Assembly (NCBI GenBank): GCA_948442695.1
Contig: CAOJSF010000001.1
Span: 2,146-66,145 of the forward strand
DNA length: 64,000 nucleotides
Direction: 5' to 3'
Origin: an uncultured Clostridia bacterium
Lineage (GTDB): Bacteria; Bacillota; Clostridia; Christensenellales; UBA1242
A program made the position numbers and the translations under genes. Positions within the stretch are counted from its first letter, which is position 1, and every line of letters begins with the position of its first letter. Positions 12,810-24,100 of this stretch are shown here, one piece after another. The notes beneath the pieces were generated by a model. It searched no databases. It was not told the origin of the DNA and saw nothing but the letters and a program-made list of their open reading frames with translations.

Positions 12810-13016
12810 GTATGCTTCGTTGTCGGAGGCAATGCTTTATGGCATGACTTATGTTATGCTTCCTTGATTTTAAGGAATGGGCAGAAACAAACAGCAGGTG
12901 AGTTTATCTTGCCGATTTGCAAAATATTGCGAAGTTGCACATTTGTGCAATCGTGCTGTTCATGTTTTACAAAATAAAAGCATTTTTCATGCACGACAAC
13001 ATTGTCGTGCTTTTTT
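12810..13016 (+). ncRNA. Structured rpsL 5' leader with terminator/antiterminator (candidate attenuator)
   Basis: Several hairpins, a 4-way junction at 12890-12960, terminator GCACGACA/TGTCGTGC plus T6 at 12991-13016. Confidence 0.65.
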
Positions 13017-13059
13017 AAAGACAAATTTCTTTATAAAATAAAGTTAAAAGGAGAAAATC

Positions 13060-13440
13060 ATGCCTACATTTAACCAACTTGTGAGAAAAGGTCGTAAAGA
13101 TGCGAAGAAGAAGTCAAAGGCTCCTATTCTTCAAGAATGCCCTCAAAAAAGAGGTGTTTGTCTTTCTGTTAAGACTGCAACTCCTAAAAAGCCAAACTCA
13201 GCGCTTCGTAAGATTGCCAGAGTGAAATTCTCAAATGGCTTTGAAGGAACTTGCTATATCCCTGGTATCGGTCACAACCTTCAAGAGCATAGTGTTGTTC
13301 TTGTTCGTGGTGGCAGAGTTAAGGACCTTCCTGGTGTTCGTTATCACATCATTCGTGGAAGTCTTGATACTGCCGGTGTTCAAAACAGAAAACAATCAAG
13401 ATCTAAATACGGCGCTAAACGCCCAAAGAAATCTAAGTAA
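13060..13440 (+). CDS. rpsL: 30S ribosomal protein S12
   Basis: [24 protein letters not shown]. Confidence 0.99.
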   Translation: MPTFNQLVRKGRKDAKKKSKAPILQECPQKRGVCLSVKTATPKKPNSALRKIARVKFSNGFEGTCYIPGIGHNLQEHSVVLVRGGRVKDLPGVRYHIIRGSLDTAGVQNRKQSRSKYGAKRPKKSK

Positions 13441-13502
13441 TTTGATTTCTATTTGATGAATTTTCATCAACTTAAACAAAATTTTTAAAAGGAGAAAAAA
13501 TT

Positions 13503-13976
13503 ATGCCAAGAAGAAATAGTGCCGTAAAAAGAGAAGTTCTTGCTGATCCTATTTACAAAAGCAAAGTTGTGACTAAACTTATCAATCAAGTTATGGAATC
13601 AGGAAAGAAAGGTCTTGCACAAAGAATTGTTTACGGTTCATTTGACATTATCAAAGAGAAAATGGATCTTGATCCTATCGAAGTTTTCACAACTGCTCTT
13701 GAAAATGTTAAACCTGTTCTTGAAACAAAATCAAGAAGGGTTGGTGGTGCAACATACCAGGTTCCTATGGAAATCAGACCTGAAAGACGCCAAACTCTTG
13801 CTATTCGCTGGATTGTAAGTTTTGCAAGAAAGAGAAGTGGCGAAAGAGGAATGGATGCAAAACTTGCAGGTGAAATCATGGACGCTTACAACTCAACTGG
13901 TGCTTCTATTAAGAGAAGAGATGAAATGCACAGAATGGCTGAAGCAAACAAGGCTTTTGCTCATTTCAAGTGGTAA
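13503..13976 (+). CDS. rpsG: 30S ribosomal protein S7
   Basis: [24 protein letters not shown]. Confidence 0.99.
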   Translation: MPRRNSAVKREVLADPIYKSKVVTKLINQVMESGKKGLAQRIVYGSFDIIKEKMDLDPIEVFTTALENVKPVLETKSRRVGGATYQVPMEIRPERRQTLAIRWIVSFARKRSGERGMDAKLAGEIMDAYNSTGASIKRRDEMHRMAEANKAFAHFKW

Positions 13977-14163
13977 TATAAAACCATTTGCTTATTTTAG
14001 TTTTTATAGTTTCTTGTATAAGAAATTATCTGAAAAATTAAAAATAATAAACTTTTTAAGTTTTATTAATTTAATAAATAAAAACAAAAAAGTTTAAAAA
14101 TTTTATAAAAAGTTAATAAAATTAACATAAATTAAGGATAAAAATCCTAAAAAGGAGAAAATT

Positions 14164-16236
14164 ATGTCAGAAAATCTAGAATTAACTAGAAATGTCGGTA
14201 TCATGGCTCATATCGACGCTGGTAAGACTACAACCACTGAAAGAATTCTTTATTACACTGGTAAAAGTCATAAAATCGGCGAAGTTCATGACGGCGCTGC
14301 TACTATGGACTGGATGGCTCAAGAGCAAGAGCGTGGTATCACAATTACTTCTGCTTGTACTACTTGCAACTGGAAGGGACATAAAATAAACATTATCGAC
14401 ACCCCTGGACACGTTGACTTCACAATCGAAGTTGAACGCTCTCTTAAGGTGCTTGATGGAACTGTTCTTGTATTGTCTGCCCGTGACAAGGTTCAACCTC
14501 AAACTGAAACAGTTTGGCGTCAGGCTACAAAATACAAAGTCCCTGCAATCATCTATGTCAACAAAATGGACAGAGATGCTGCTGACTTCTTTGCTTGTGT
14601 TGAGTCTATCGAAAGAAGACTTAAAACAAAAGCCCTTCCTATTCAAATGCCTATAGGCGAGTCTGATACATTCTCAGGAATTATCGACCTTCTTAATATG
14701 AAAGCAGAAATCTATAAGGATGACATGGGAACTCAGATTGAAATCACTGATATTCCTGCAGACCTTAAAGACAAAGCAGAAGAACTTCGAAACAGCCTCA
14801 TTGAAAACGTTGTTGAAACAGATGATGCTCTCTTAGAGAGATACTTCGCTGGAGAAGAAATTTCTATTGAAGAACTCAAAAAAGCCATCAGAAAGGCAAC
14901 AATCGCTAAGACTTTCACTCCTGTTCTTTGTGGATCATCTTACAAAAACAAGGGTGTTCAAATGCTTCTTGACGCTATGGTTGAATATCTTCCATCACCA
15001 CTTGATATTCCTGCTATTAAAGGTATCAACCCAGACAGCGAACAAGAGGAAGAGAGAAAGGCTGATGAAAAAGAACCTTTTGCCGGTCTTGCTTTCAAAT
15101 TTATGACTGACCCATTCGTAGGCGGTCTCACTTTCTTCAGAGTTTACTCTGGTAAACTTACTGCTGGAAGTTATGTTTACAACTCAAACACAGGTAAAAC
15201 TGAAAGAGTTGGTCGTCTTATCCGTATGCACTCAAATACAAGAACTGAAATTACTGAGGTTGGTGCAGGTGATATTGCGGCTATCGTTGGACTTAAAGAT
15301 ACAATCACAGGACATACTCTTTGTGATGAAAAACATCCTATCCAACTTGAAAGTATGGAATTCCCAGAACCAGTTATTCAACTTGCTATCGAACCTAAAA
15401 CAAAAGATATGCAGGAAAAAATGGCTCTCGCTCTTGCAAAACTTATGAGAGAAGACCCATCATTCAGAGTGACTTCAAATACTGAAACTGGACAAACTCT
15501 TATCGCTGGTATGGGTGAACTTCACCTTGAAATCATTGTTGACAGACTTTTGAGAGAATTTAAAGTTGAAGCGACTGTTGGTAAGCCTCAGGTTTCTTAC
15601 CGTGAAGCAATTAAGAAAGCAGTTCGTTGCGAAGGTAAATTCATCCGTCAAAGTGGTGGTAAAGGTCAATATGGTCACTGCGTTATCGATATGGAACCAT
15701 TGCCAGCAGGCTCAGGTTATGAATTTATCGATAAAACAGTTGGTGGATCAGTTCCAAAAGAATATATCCAACCTATCAACAACGGTATTCAAGAAGCCCG
15801 CATGAACGGTGTTCTTGCTGGATATGAAACTGTTGACTTTAGAGTTACACTTGTTGATGGTTCTTACCACGAAGTTGACTCTTCTGAAATGGCGTTCAAA
15901 ATCGCTGGTTCAATGGCATTCCAGGATGGATGCAAAAAGGCTGATGCTGTGATTTTGGAACCTATTATGAAAGTTACTGTAGAAGTTCCTGATGAATATC
16001 TCGGCACAGTAATGGGCAACCTTACTTCTCGTCGTGGTATGCTTACTGGAAATGAATCTTCTGCAGGAATCCAAATCGTAAATGCAGAAGTTCCTCTTGC
16101 AGAAATGTTTGGTTATGCAACTGACCTTCGTTCTCAAACTCAAGGTAGAGGCAATTATGTTATGGAACCTCTTAGATATCAAGAAGTGCCAAAATCAATT
16201 GCAAACACTATCATAGGTGAAAGAGCAAAAGCGTAA
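14164..16236 (+). CDS. fusA: Elongation factor G
   Basis: [40 protein letters not shown]. Confidence 0.99.
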   Translation: MSENLELTRNVGIMAHIDAGKTTTTERILYYTGKSHKIGEVHDGAATMDWMAQEQERGITITSACTTCNWKGHKINIIDTPGHVDFTIEVERSLKVLDGTVLVLSARDKVQPQTETVWRQATKYKVPAIIYVNKMDRDAADFFACVESIERRLKTKALPIQMPIGESDTFSGIIDLLNMKAEIYKDDMGTQIEITDIPADLKDKAEELRNSLIENVVETDDALLERYFAGEEISIEELKKAIRKATIAKTFTPVLCGSSYKNKGVQMLLDAMVEYLPSPLDIPAIKGINPDSEQEEERKADEKEPFAGLAFKFMTDPFVGGLTFFRVYSGKLTAGSYVYNSNTGKTERVGRLIRMHSNTRTEITEVGAGDIAAIVGLKDTITGHTLCDEKHPIQLESMEFPEPVIQLAIEPKTKDMQEKMALALAKLMREDPSFRVTSNTETGQTLIAGMGELHLEIIVDRLLREFKVEATVGKPQVSYREAIKKAVRCEGKFIRQSGGKGQYGHCVIDMEPLPAGSGYEFIDKTVGGSVPKEYIQPINNGIQEARMNGVLAGYETVDFRVTLVDGSYHEVDSSEMAFKIAGSMAFQDGCKKADAVILEPIMKVTVEVPDEYLGTVMGNLTSRRGMLTGNESSAGIQIVNAEVPLAEMFGYATDLRSQTQGRGNYVMEPLRYQEVPKSIANTIIGERAKA

Positions 16237-16425
16237 TTTTAAAAAATTGCGTATTATTAAAGAAAAGAATGATAAAAATGTCTCCCTTTAAAAAGATAGG
16301 GGAGACAGAGTTATCGTTTTGAAGAAAATTTGACAAATCGTCAAAAAATATTGCAAAATCGTTTTGCAAAATAAAAAAATTGTGTTAAAATAACATTAGT
16401 AATTTAAAAAAGGAGATTATTAAAT

Positions 16426-17613
16426 ATGGCAGAAGCTTATGTTAGATCTAAGCCACACGTTAACGTTGGTACTATCGGACACGTTGACCATGGTAAGACA
16501 ACTCTTACAGCCGCTATTACATTCATGTACGGCACACAAAAAATGAAATATGATGAAATCGATAAAGCCCCAGAAGAAAAGGCTAGAGGTATTACAATTA
16601 ATACTTCTCACGTAGAATACGAGACTGAAAATCGTCACTACGCTCACGTAGACTGCCCAGGACACGCTGACTACGTTAAAAACATGATTACTGGTGCTGC
16701 TCAAATGGACGGAGCAATCCTCGTAGTTGCAGCAACTGATGGTCCTATGCCTCAAACTAGAGAGCACATCCTTCTTGCAAGACAAGTTGGTGTTCCATAC
16801 ATCATCGTGTTCATGAACAAAACTGATCAAGTTGACGATCCAGAACTTCTTGAACTTGTTGAAATGGAAATTCGTGACCTTCTTAGCGCTTACGACTTCC
16901 CAGGAGATGACACTCCTATTATCAAAGGCTCAGCACTTAAAGCACTTGAAGCGGCTCAGGCTGGAAAAATGGATGATCCTGCTTGCACTTGCATTAAAGA
17001 ACTTGCTGCTGCTCTTGATTCTTATATCCCAGAACCTACAAGAGACACTGACAAACCTTTCCTTATGCCTGTAGAAGACGTATTCACAATCACTGGTCGT
17101 GGTACTGTTGCTACTGGTAGAGTAGAAAGAGGTACTATTAAAGTTGGTGACACTGTTGAACTTGTTGGTCTTGGCGAATCTAGACAAACAGTTGTAACAG
17201 GCGTTGAAATGTTCCACAAATCACTTGACGCTGCTCTTGCTGGTGATAACGCTGGACTTCTTCTTCGTGGCGTTCAAAGAACAGAAATCGAAAGAGGACA
17301 AGTTCTTTGCAAACCTGGTACTATTCACCCTCATACAAAATATACTGCTGAAGTATACGTTCTTAAGAAAGAAGAAGGTGGCCGTCATACTCCATTCTTC
17401 AATGGCTATAGACCACAATTCTATTTCAGAACTACAGACGTTACTGGTGTAGTTGAACTTGAAAAGGGCGTAGAAATGGTTATGCCTGGTGACCACATCA
17501 ACATGACTATTACTCTTAACAAGCCAGTTGCTATTGAACAAGGACTTCGTTTCGCTATCCGTGAAGGTGGCAGAACAGTTGGTTCAGGCGTAGTATCTAC
17601 TGTTATTGAATAA
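16426..17613 (+). CDS. tuf: Elongation factor Tu
   Basis: [36 protein letters not shown]. Confidence 0.99.
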   Translation: MAEAYVRSKPHVNVGTIGHVDHGKTTLTAAITFMYGTQKMKYDEIDKAPEEKARGITINTSHVEYETENRHYAHVDCPGHADYVKNMITGAAQMDGAILVVAATDGPMPQTREHILLARQVGVPYIIVFMNKTDQVDDPELLELVEMEIRDLLSAYDFPGDDTPIIKGSALKALEAAQAGKMDDPACTCIKELAAALDSYIPEPTRDTDKPFLMPVEDVFTITGRGTVATGRVERGTIKVGDTVELVGLGESRQTVVTGVEMFHKSLDAALAGDNAGLLLRGVQRTEIERGQVLCKPGTIHPHTKYTAEVYVLKKEEGGRHTPFFNGYRPQFYFRTTDVTGVVELEKGVEMVMPGDHINMTITLNKPVAIEQGLRFAIREGGRTVGSGVVSTVIE

Positions 17614-17624
17614 TAATTAAATTT

Positions 17625-17659
17625 AAAAAATAGGTGCAATTTTTGTGCCTATTTTTTTA
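17625..17659 (+). terminator. Intrinsic terminator after tuf
   Basis: AATAGGTGCA/TGTGCCTATT hairpin with T tract. Confidence 0.75.
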
Positions 17660-17681
17660 TTTAAAAAGTAAAATTAATACA

Positions 17682-17912
17682 AATGAAGCATATGTTTATT
17701 TATTTTTATAATGACATTATTAATGGAACTTATATTTATTTTTATAATTACATTTTTAATGAAGCATATATTTTTATAAGGACATATTTAATGAAGCATA
17801 TATTTTTATAAGGAAATTTTTAATGGGCGATATGTTTATTTAAGTTTATAAGGATATTATCAATGAATCATATCTTTAATTAAGATTGTAAAGACATTAT
17901 TGATGCATATGC
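17682..17912. repeat. Degenerate non-coding tandem repeat, 6-7 units of 32-40 bp
   Basis: Units start at 17682, 17722, 17758, 17790, 17822, 17862, 17902; consensus AATGAAGCATAT..TTTATAAGGACATT.TT. Confidence 0.8.
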
Positions 17913-18114
17913 TTTTTTGTTAGCCAAACAAGACAAGCAAAATGAGTGACTTTTGAAAGTAAGAATAAGACTGAAATTGAATGTTTTTTATATGCAATAA
18001 ATATAAAATGTTGTGATTGTTAAGATTTGATTAAACAAATTTTATTGTTTATTTCATTTTAGGAATTGACTCTTTGGTGATGAAGTGATATAATAATATA
18101 AATAGAGGTGAAAA

Positions 18115-18846
18115 ATGGCAAATTATTCAATTAATATAAATAAAGCAGTTGAAATCAAAAATTTTGAAAACAGCGGATTTGATTTGTTTTATGAAGATGG
18201 AGTAGGAGCAAAACTTACAGATAAAACTCTTAATGTTCAAATCTTTAAGAAGGATGCGATGAAATTTCGAAGTTTCTATGAAGAAAAATTTGAAAATGAT
18301 AATATAATAATTGCATTTTCTTCAAATGAACAAAAATTGTTGAGTTTTGAGCAATTTAATCTGTTGCAAAAAACCATTGACACAGTTAAAAAATTGCTGG
18401 AGTCTGAGAATGTCGACCAAAAATATAAAAAGCCAGAGAAAAAAAGAAATTATACTTATGTTGGTGGGATTTATCAAGATAAAGAAGGGAATAAATATTT
18501 ATATTTAGGCAAAGGATTTTTTTCACTAAAATATAATGATGGAGAGAGATTTACTGGAGGCGAAAAATATGTTTATGCCCAAATTAAAGATGAAAACTTA
18601 GTAAGTTATGATGAAAAAAGCAATACATTTATGGTAGAAGGGTTATATTCAGTGTATGCTGAATATAGTAAAATTAAATTCGACAAATGTTTAAAAACTT
18701 TTAATTTGGTTGATCAAAAAAGTGTCTATATGAAGGATAAAGAAGTTAATTCTAATTTCATATCATATCATGTTTCATTTCCACCTATGTCTAGAAACAA
18801 GTTTAAAGAGGTTGAGAATAGCGAAGAAGAAATAGAAATAGAATAA
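18115..18846 (+). CDS. Hypothetical protein with acidic C-terminal tail
   Basis: TTGACT/TGnTATAAT promoter, GAGGTG RBS, 243 aa, terminator downstream. Confidence 0.75.
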   Translation: MANYSININKAVEIKNFENSGFDLFYEDGVGAKLTDKTLNVQIFKKDAMKFRSFYEEKFENDNIIIAFSSNEQKLLSFEQFNLLQKTIDTVKKLLESENVDQKYKKPEKKRNYTYVGGIYQDKEGNKYLYLGKGFFSLKYNDGERFTGGEKYVYAQIKDENLVSYDEKSNTFMVEGLYSVYAEYSKIKFDKCLKTFNLVDQKSVYMKDKEVNSNFISYHVSFPPMSRNKFKEVENSEEEIEIE

Positions 18847-19097
18847 TTTTTAAAGAAGATTTTGATAAAATGTCAAAATCTTTTTTTTTACAGAAAAATA
18901 AAAACATATGAAAATGTATTATCTTTATCAATATAAAATTTTAGTAAAAGTATGAGTAATTTTTCTAGAAATCTTTAAGCATATATAGATAGAAATATGA
19001 TTTTTATAGATTCATAAGATAAAACTTTTTTATAGAAAATAATTGATAAACCGGTTTTTAATAAACAAATTATATTTTAAAAATATATTGAATTTAC

Positions 19098-19123
19098 TTG
19101 ACATTTTTCGGGGGGGGTATAAT
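19098..19123 (+). promoter_or_regulatory. SigA promoter with G8 tract in a 14-bp spacer (candidate phase-variable)
   Basis: TTGACA 19098-19103, G8 at 19110-19117, TATAAT 19118-19123. Confidence 0.65.
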
Positions 19124-19141
19124 AGAACTCGGAGGATATAT

Positions 19142-19519
19142 ATGAAGAAAAATGATTTTTTAAATATAATCGTATGTTTGGGAACTATTTCTGCTGTTTT
19201 TTCTGTAATTGCAATAATATATGGATATTATTATCTTTTGAAAAATGTTAGTGGTTTGGAGATAATTGACTTAATTATTATTACTTTAGTTCTTATGCTT
19301 GCGATATTTCTAATAATCTGTATGAATTATTTGCTTTTTACATTAAAATTTCATGAAGATTATATCAATGAAAATAAAGAGATAGTAAAAAAACACGAAA
19401 AGTCAATTGAAGAGATTAAAGTTGTTTTAAGAAATCATAAAAATTCTATTAATACTATAGAAGATATTTTAAATAAAGACAATGAAAAATTAAACTCAAA
19501 TCAAGATAAAGAGAATTGA
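19142..19519 (+). CDS. Small two-TM membrane protein with coiled-coil tail
   Basis: GGAGG RBS before ATG 19142; two hydrophobic segments. Confidence 0.7.
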   Translation: MKKNDFLNIIVCLGTISAVFSVIAIIYGYYYLLKNVSGLEIIDLIIITLVLMLAIFLIICMNYLLFTLKFHEDYINENKEIVKKHEKSIEEIKVVLRNHKNSINTIEDILNKDNEKLNSNQDKEN

Positions 19520-19629
19520 AAAGGTTGAAAATTTAAAATATGCTTGAGTTTAAACGAGTTATGTGATTTATTGTTTATAAGTTTTCTTTTTGCTATTGAC
19601 TTATGTATATTAATGATTATAATATAAGT

Positions 19630-20184
19630 ATGACTGATTTAGTGAGAAGAGCATATTTGTTTGCCAAAGAAAAGCATAAAAATCAATTTATGAAGTGTGA
19701 GCCAAAAAGACCGTTTTTTGACCATTGTATTGCTGTATATAATCATCTCATTAAAAATATTTCTATTGATTATATAAACTTTGATGTTTTGGTTGCAACC
19801 GCACTTCTTCATGATGTGATTGAGGACACTGATGCAAGTTATGAAGATTTATATAAATTGTTTGGTCAAAATGTTGCAAATAATGTTTTAGCACTTACTA
19901 AGAATAAAAATTTACCACATAATGAGCAAATATCTGAGAGTGTGGACAGGCTTAAAAAATCTTCAAAGGAGGCAAGGCTTGTTAAACTTGCTGATAGATA
20001 TGTAAATTTGTTGGATATTCCGCCAGCATGGACAGAGGAGAAATGCCTTGATTACATAAAAGATTCAATTATCATTTCACAAGGGCTTGGTTATACAAAT
20101 ACAAGATTGAAATGTTTGCTGGATAAAAACATTGAAAATTATATTGAAATGGTAGAAGAAATATTCGATGAAAAAGTATTGTAG
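19630..20184 (+). CDS. Stand-alone HD-domain protein, RelA/SpoT-hydrolase-like (small alarmone hydrolase/Mesh1-type)
   Basis: AYLFAKEKHKNQ, PFFDH, ALLHDVIEDT, V.ALTK, VKLADRYVNL. Confidence 0.85.
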   Translation: MTDLVRRAYLFAKEKHKNQFMKCEPKRPFFDHCIAVYNHLIKNISIDYINFDVLVATALLHDVIEDTDASYEDLYKLFGQNVANNVLALTKNKNLPHNEQISESVDRLKKSSKEARLVKLADRYVNLLDIPPAWTEEKCLDYIKDSIIISQGLGYTNTRLKCLLDKNIENYIEMVEEIFDEKVL

Positions 20185-20391
20185 AAATGTTTTATGAAGA
20201 TAAAATAATCATAAAAAATTAAATTTAAAAATCAAGGGTGCCTAGTTTAACATCCTTGATTTTTTGTTTTTGAAAGATAATTATGCTTTTTTTACATTAA
20301 AATTGAATTTTTTTATACTTTTTTCTTTGTTTTTACGCTGATTTACTTAAATTATCTGTTTTTTGATAATTTTTTATTGTTTTAAAACTTA

Positions 20392-20589
20392 TTATTTATT
20401 GCAACAGTTTCCGCAACCACATAAGAGTAAAAGCAAGATTAAAGTGCAACAGTCCATACCACAGCCATTGCCATTACCACAAAGGCATTGTAAAATTATG
20501 AGCCATAAAATAAGTGAGCATGGATCGCATCCGCAACCGCCAAAGCCATTGCCACAACCGTTGCCACAAGAGTTGTTAAAGAAATTCAT
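20392..20589 (-). CDS. Small Cys/Gly-rich hydrophobic protein, probably spore-associated
   Basis: AGGAGG RBS on the minus strand; repeated CG units and LILWLIILQCLCG segments. Confidence 0.75.
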   Translation of the reverse strand: MNFFNNSCGNGCGNGFGGCGCDPCSLILWLIILQCLCGNGNGCGMDCCTLILLLLLCGCGNCCNK

Positions 20590-21182
20590 TTGTTCCTCCT
20601 ATAAAAATTCCCTATGTATTATGAAGGGGATTTAAGTTTGATTTAGTTTCTTCTTATTTTCCCTTTCACATTAACATACTACTACTCAGGCGATGAAAAT
20701 GTGCATAACTTTTATTATTTTTCTTTAATTTTTTCTTTTATTTGGATTTTGATGCTGTAAATTAATTTTATTGATGTTTAAATGAAATCAATTTAATCAA
20801 GTCGTTTTTGTTTTTCTGTTTAAAATTTTAGGAAATAAAAACATGATTTTAAAGATAATAATATAAATTTTATCAAATTTTGAAAAGTATTTAAGATGCA
20901 GATTAAAGTTGTTTGCAAGTGTTTTGAGTTTGACAAGAAAGTCAGAGATAGATGTTTAAGATAAAGCAAAATTTAAACTGTAAAGATATCAAAAATTTAA
21001 TTATAATGGCTCATTTAAAGGCAGATTATTTTTCGACAAAACTAGTGCAATTTTGACAACATAAAAGTTTTATGCAAGCACAAAATATTTTTGATTTATA
21101 TAACAATTTGGTTGACTTAATTTTTAAAATGTTTTACAATTAATTGTTAAATAATACATTAATTAATTTAGAGGAGAATGAT

Positions 21183-24100
21183 ATGGCTAAACAAAAATCA
21201 ATTTTCAAGGGATTATTTAAGGGCGTTGCTGTAGGATTTGCATTTATTATGTGCAGTGCTTTCTTTCCTACAAAACTTATTGCACAGGCTTTTGATGAAG
21301 ACATTGCAAATAAGGTTGACTTTTTCGCAAACAGCATAAAAGTTGATGGACAAGGTGCTGACATTGTTGTTAAGAAAGGCAAAACAGTGACTATCCCAGA
21401 GGCTGTTTATGAATATAAGACTGCAGATGGCAAGGCTGAACATATTATAGGAAAAGACGATGCAAGTGCAATCGAGTCTTTTGTTGAAGTATTTTATAAA
21501 GACACAAATGATAAAGTCGATGTAAAAGACAATGCTTTTGTTGCTGACAGAGTTGGTCGTTATACAATCACTTATACTGTAAAAGATGGTGAAAATGAAT
21601 ATACTTATGACATGACAGTAAAGAGTGAAGTCAGCGAAGTTGCCTTTGATTTTTCATTAAATAATAAAAACATCATTCCTGGTGTATATGATGTTAAACT
21701 TACAGACAAAGATGTTGTTCTTCCTCTTGTTTCAGTTAAGGATACAAATGATGAAACTTTGATTTCTGAAGATGACAATGATTATTTCACAAATTTAGCA
21801 AATGTGAAAGATTTTGAACTTCCTTCAAATGATACTAAATCTGGATTTGTGAATATTACTCTTTCTAAAGATAGCAAGATTGCTATTGATTCAAGAGAAG
21901 TTGAAGGAAAAACAGAATTTTATATTTCAAACGAAAACCTTTTAAAGGTAAAGGGGCAAGATGTTCAAATATATTATTCTTATTATCAGATGAATGAAAA
22001 CAACGAACCAGTTTTTGTTTCTTCAGTTTCTAAGAAATTTTCTGTAAAAGATGGTTATTATTTCAAAAATTCTAAGGAAGAAGAAAAAGGTTATGACCTT
22101 GAAACAAAATGGTCAAACTCAACTTCTGATATCACCGCTGTTGTTGGTGTGGAGAAAGAACTTCCTAGCATAACTGCAACTACTAAATCAACAAATTCTC
22201 CTGCAAATGAATCAATCGAAATCTCTTATGATATCAAAGTTCAAAAGAGGGGAACAAATGGAAGTTATAAAGAAGATGTCACTGATAAAGTTCTCATCAA
22301 AGAAGATGGCAAATTCAAGTTTAAGGCAAACGATGAAGGCTCTTATATGTTCACATATGAAGTCAAAGATTTCTATGGCAACACTGTTGATAAGAGCAAG
22401 ACAAGATTTGAAATTACAAATGTGAAAGATAGCCGTTCTGCAAGTGTTTATGTTTATGATGGCGGAAATAAAGACGCTTATAATGAAAAAGAGAACAAAT
22501 ATCAAAGCGCTCTCAACAAACTTAAGACTCAATCTGGCAACCGCAATGTAATTATGTATGCAGTTGGTGGAACTGACAACTTTGTCGCAAAGGACAAACT
22601 TACTCTTAGAAGAACAATTATTGACAATACTTCTATGACTATGTTTGATATAAGCGAAAAACTTTATCATGAATACAACCTTATTTTCGCTCCTGCAAGA
22701 GCAACAGGTGCAAGTCAAGAATCTTCAATTTATAAACAAATTGTAAGTGACAACTATCATATTCGCTCTCAAATGCTTTTAGAGGGAAAGAGAATTGATG
22801 ATGACAATGCAATTAAAGCATTCCTTAAAGGAAACAAATATCTTTTAGTGACAACAGAATTCAACAAAGATGTTGACGGAAATCAAATTGTTGAAAATCT
22901 TTCAATAAGTGATGAAAAAGCAAAAGAAAAGATGATGCTCGCTGATGTTGAAGGTGAGGTTGGTTATGCATATATTGAATGCAAAAACACATCATTCAAA
23001 GACAAAAAAGTATTCTCTGACGGAACTTATACTTTCATTTATGGAGCAAGTGACAACAAGAATAATGAATCAACTTCTAGAAATTCTATCACTATCTCTG
23101 CCGATTATAAAGCAGAATCAATACCTTCAATCACTTTCTCAACTGCACTTCAAGACACATATCTTCCTTCTGATAAAATTGCTTTTGATGTTGCGACTGC
23201 AACTGTTTCTCAAGACTCAAGACTTGACACTGTGACTGCTTATAGATTCCTTGATGCAAGCAAAAAGGCAATCAGTTCTGATAAGACAAAATCTTTAAAC
23301 TATTATGTTCAAAGAGTAAATTCAAACCTTTCTTCTAAGTGGTATGCTCAAGTTGATAAAGTAATCAATGAAAGTGTTGAAGAAAACAAAGGTTGGTTTG
23401 TTGATGAAAGCAAATCTTCTTATAAGATTGATTTAAAACAAGACAGACCAAATGGTGCAAAATATCTTGAAATTTTATCTTATGCTATTGACGATTTCGG
23501 CAATGCTGGTTTCTTCAATAAAGTTATCACAATTGCTGATGCTTCTGACAGTGCAATGCCAGTGCTTTTCAAGGCTGAAAATCTGCCTACTGAAACAAGC
23601 GTAACTGCACCAGAGGATATAGAACTTCCTACTTTATATTTCACTGATGATAATGTTGCTTATATGAATGCCGAAGTAAAAGTTTATAGACTTGTAAAGA
23701 ATGACGATGGCACAGTTGATAAGGTTGTTATGCAATCTTCAAACATGATCACAGATTTTGATTCTATGAGAGAAACTTTTGTAGTGAAAGGTGGCTCATT
23801 CAGAGCATCAATAGGAGGAAATTATCAAGTTGCAATTTCTGTTAAGGATGCTGGAAATCACAGCAATACAACTTATTTCAACTATCATGTTGTAGATAGT
23901 GTGGAAAATGACACTCCTGAAATTGAAAATATCACTTCTGAAACTATAGATTTGAAAGCAGGACAATCTCATTATTTAGTTCCTCCAACAATCTCAGTTT
24001 CAATGTCTGACAAATATGGTTATATCGGAATTGATGAAGAGGATGACGCTAAAACTGCGACTTACTATACTCCAACTATCATTTCAGCAACAGATTCTTA

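Noticed and set aside
13235-17639. Many overlapping alternative-frame and antisense ORFs in the str operon
   Set aside because: Expected by-product of strong codon bias in highly expressed genes; no RBS or motifs
17682-17912. Second CRISPR array
   Set aside because: Units are contiguous and degenerate with no unique spacers
20363-20635. Plus-strand Pro/Gln-rich ORF
   Set aside because: Antisense shadow of the Cys/Gly-rich gene, which has the AGGAGG RBS
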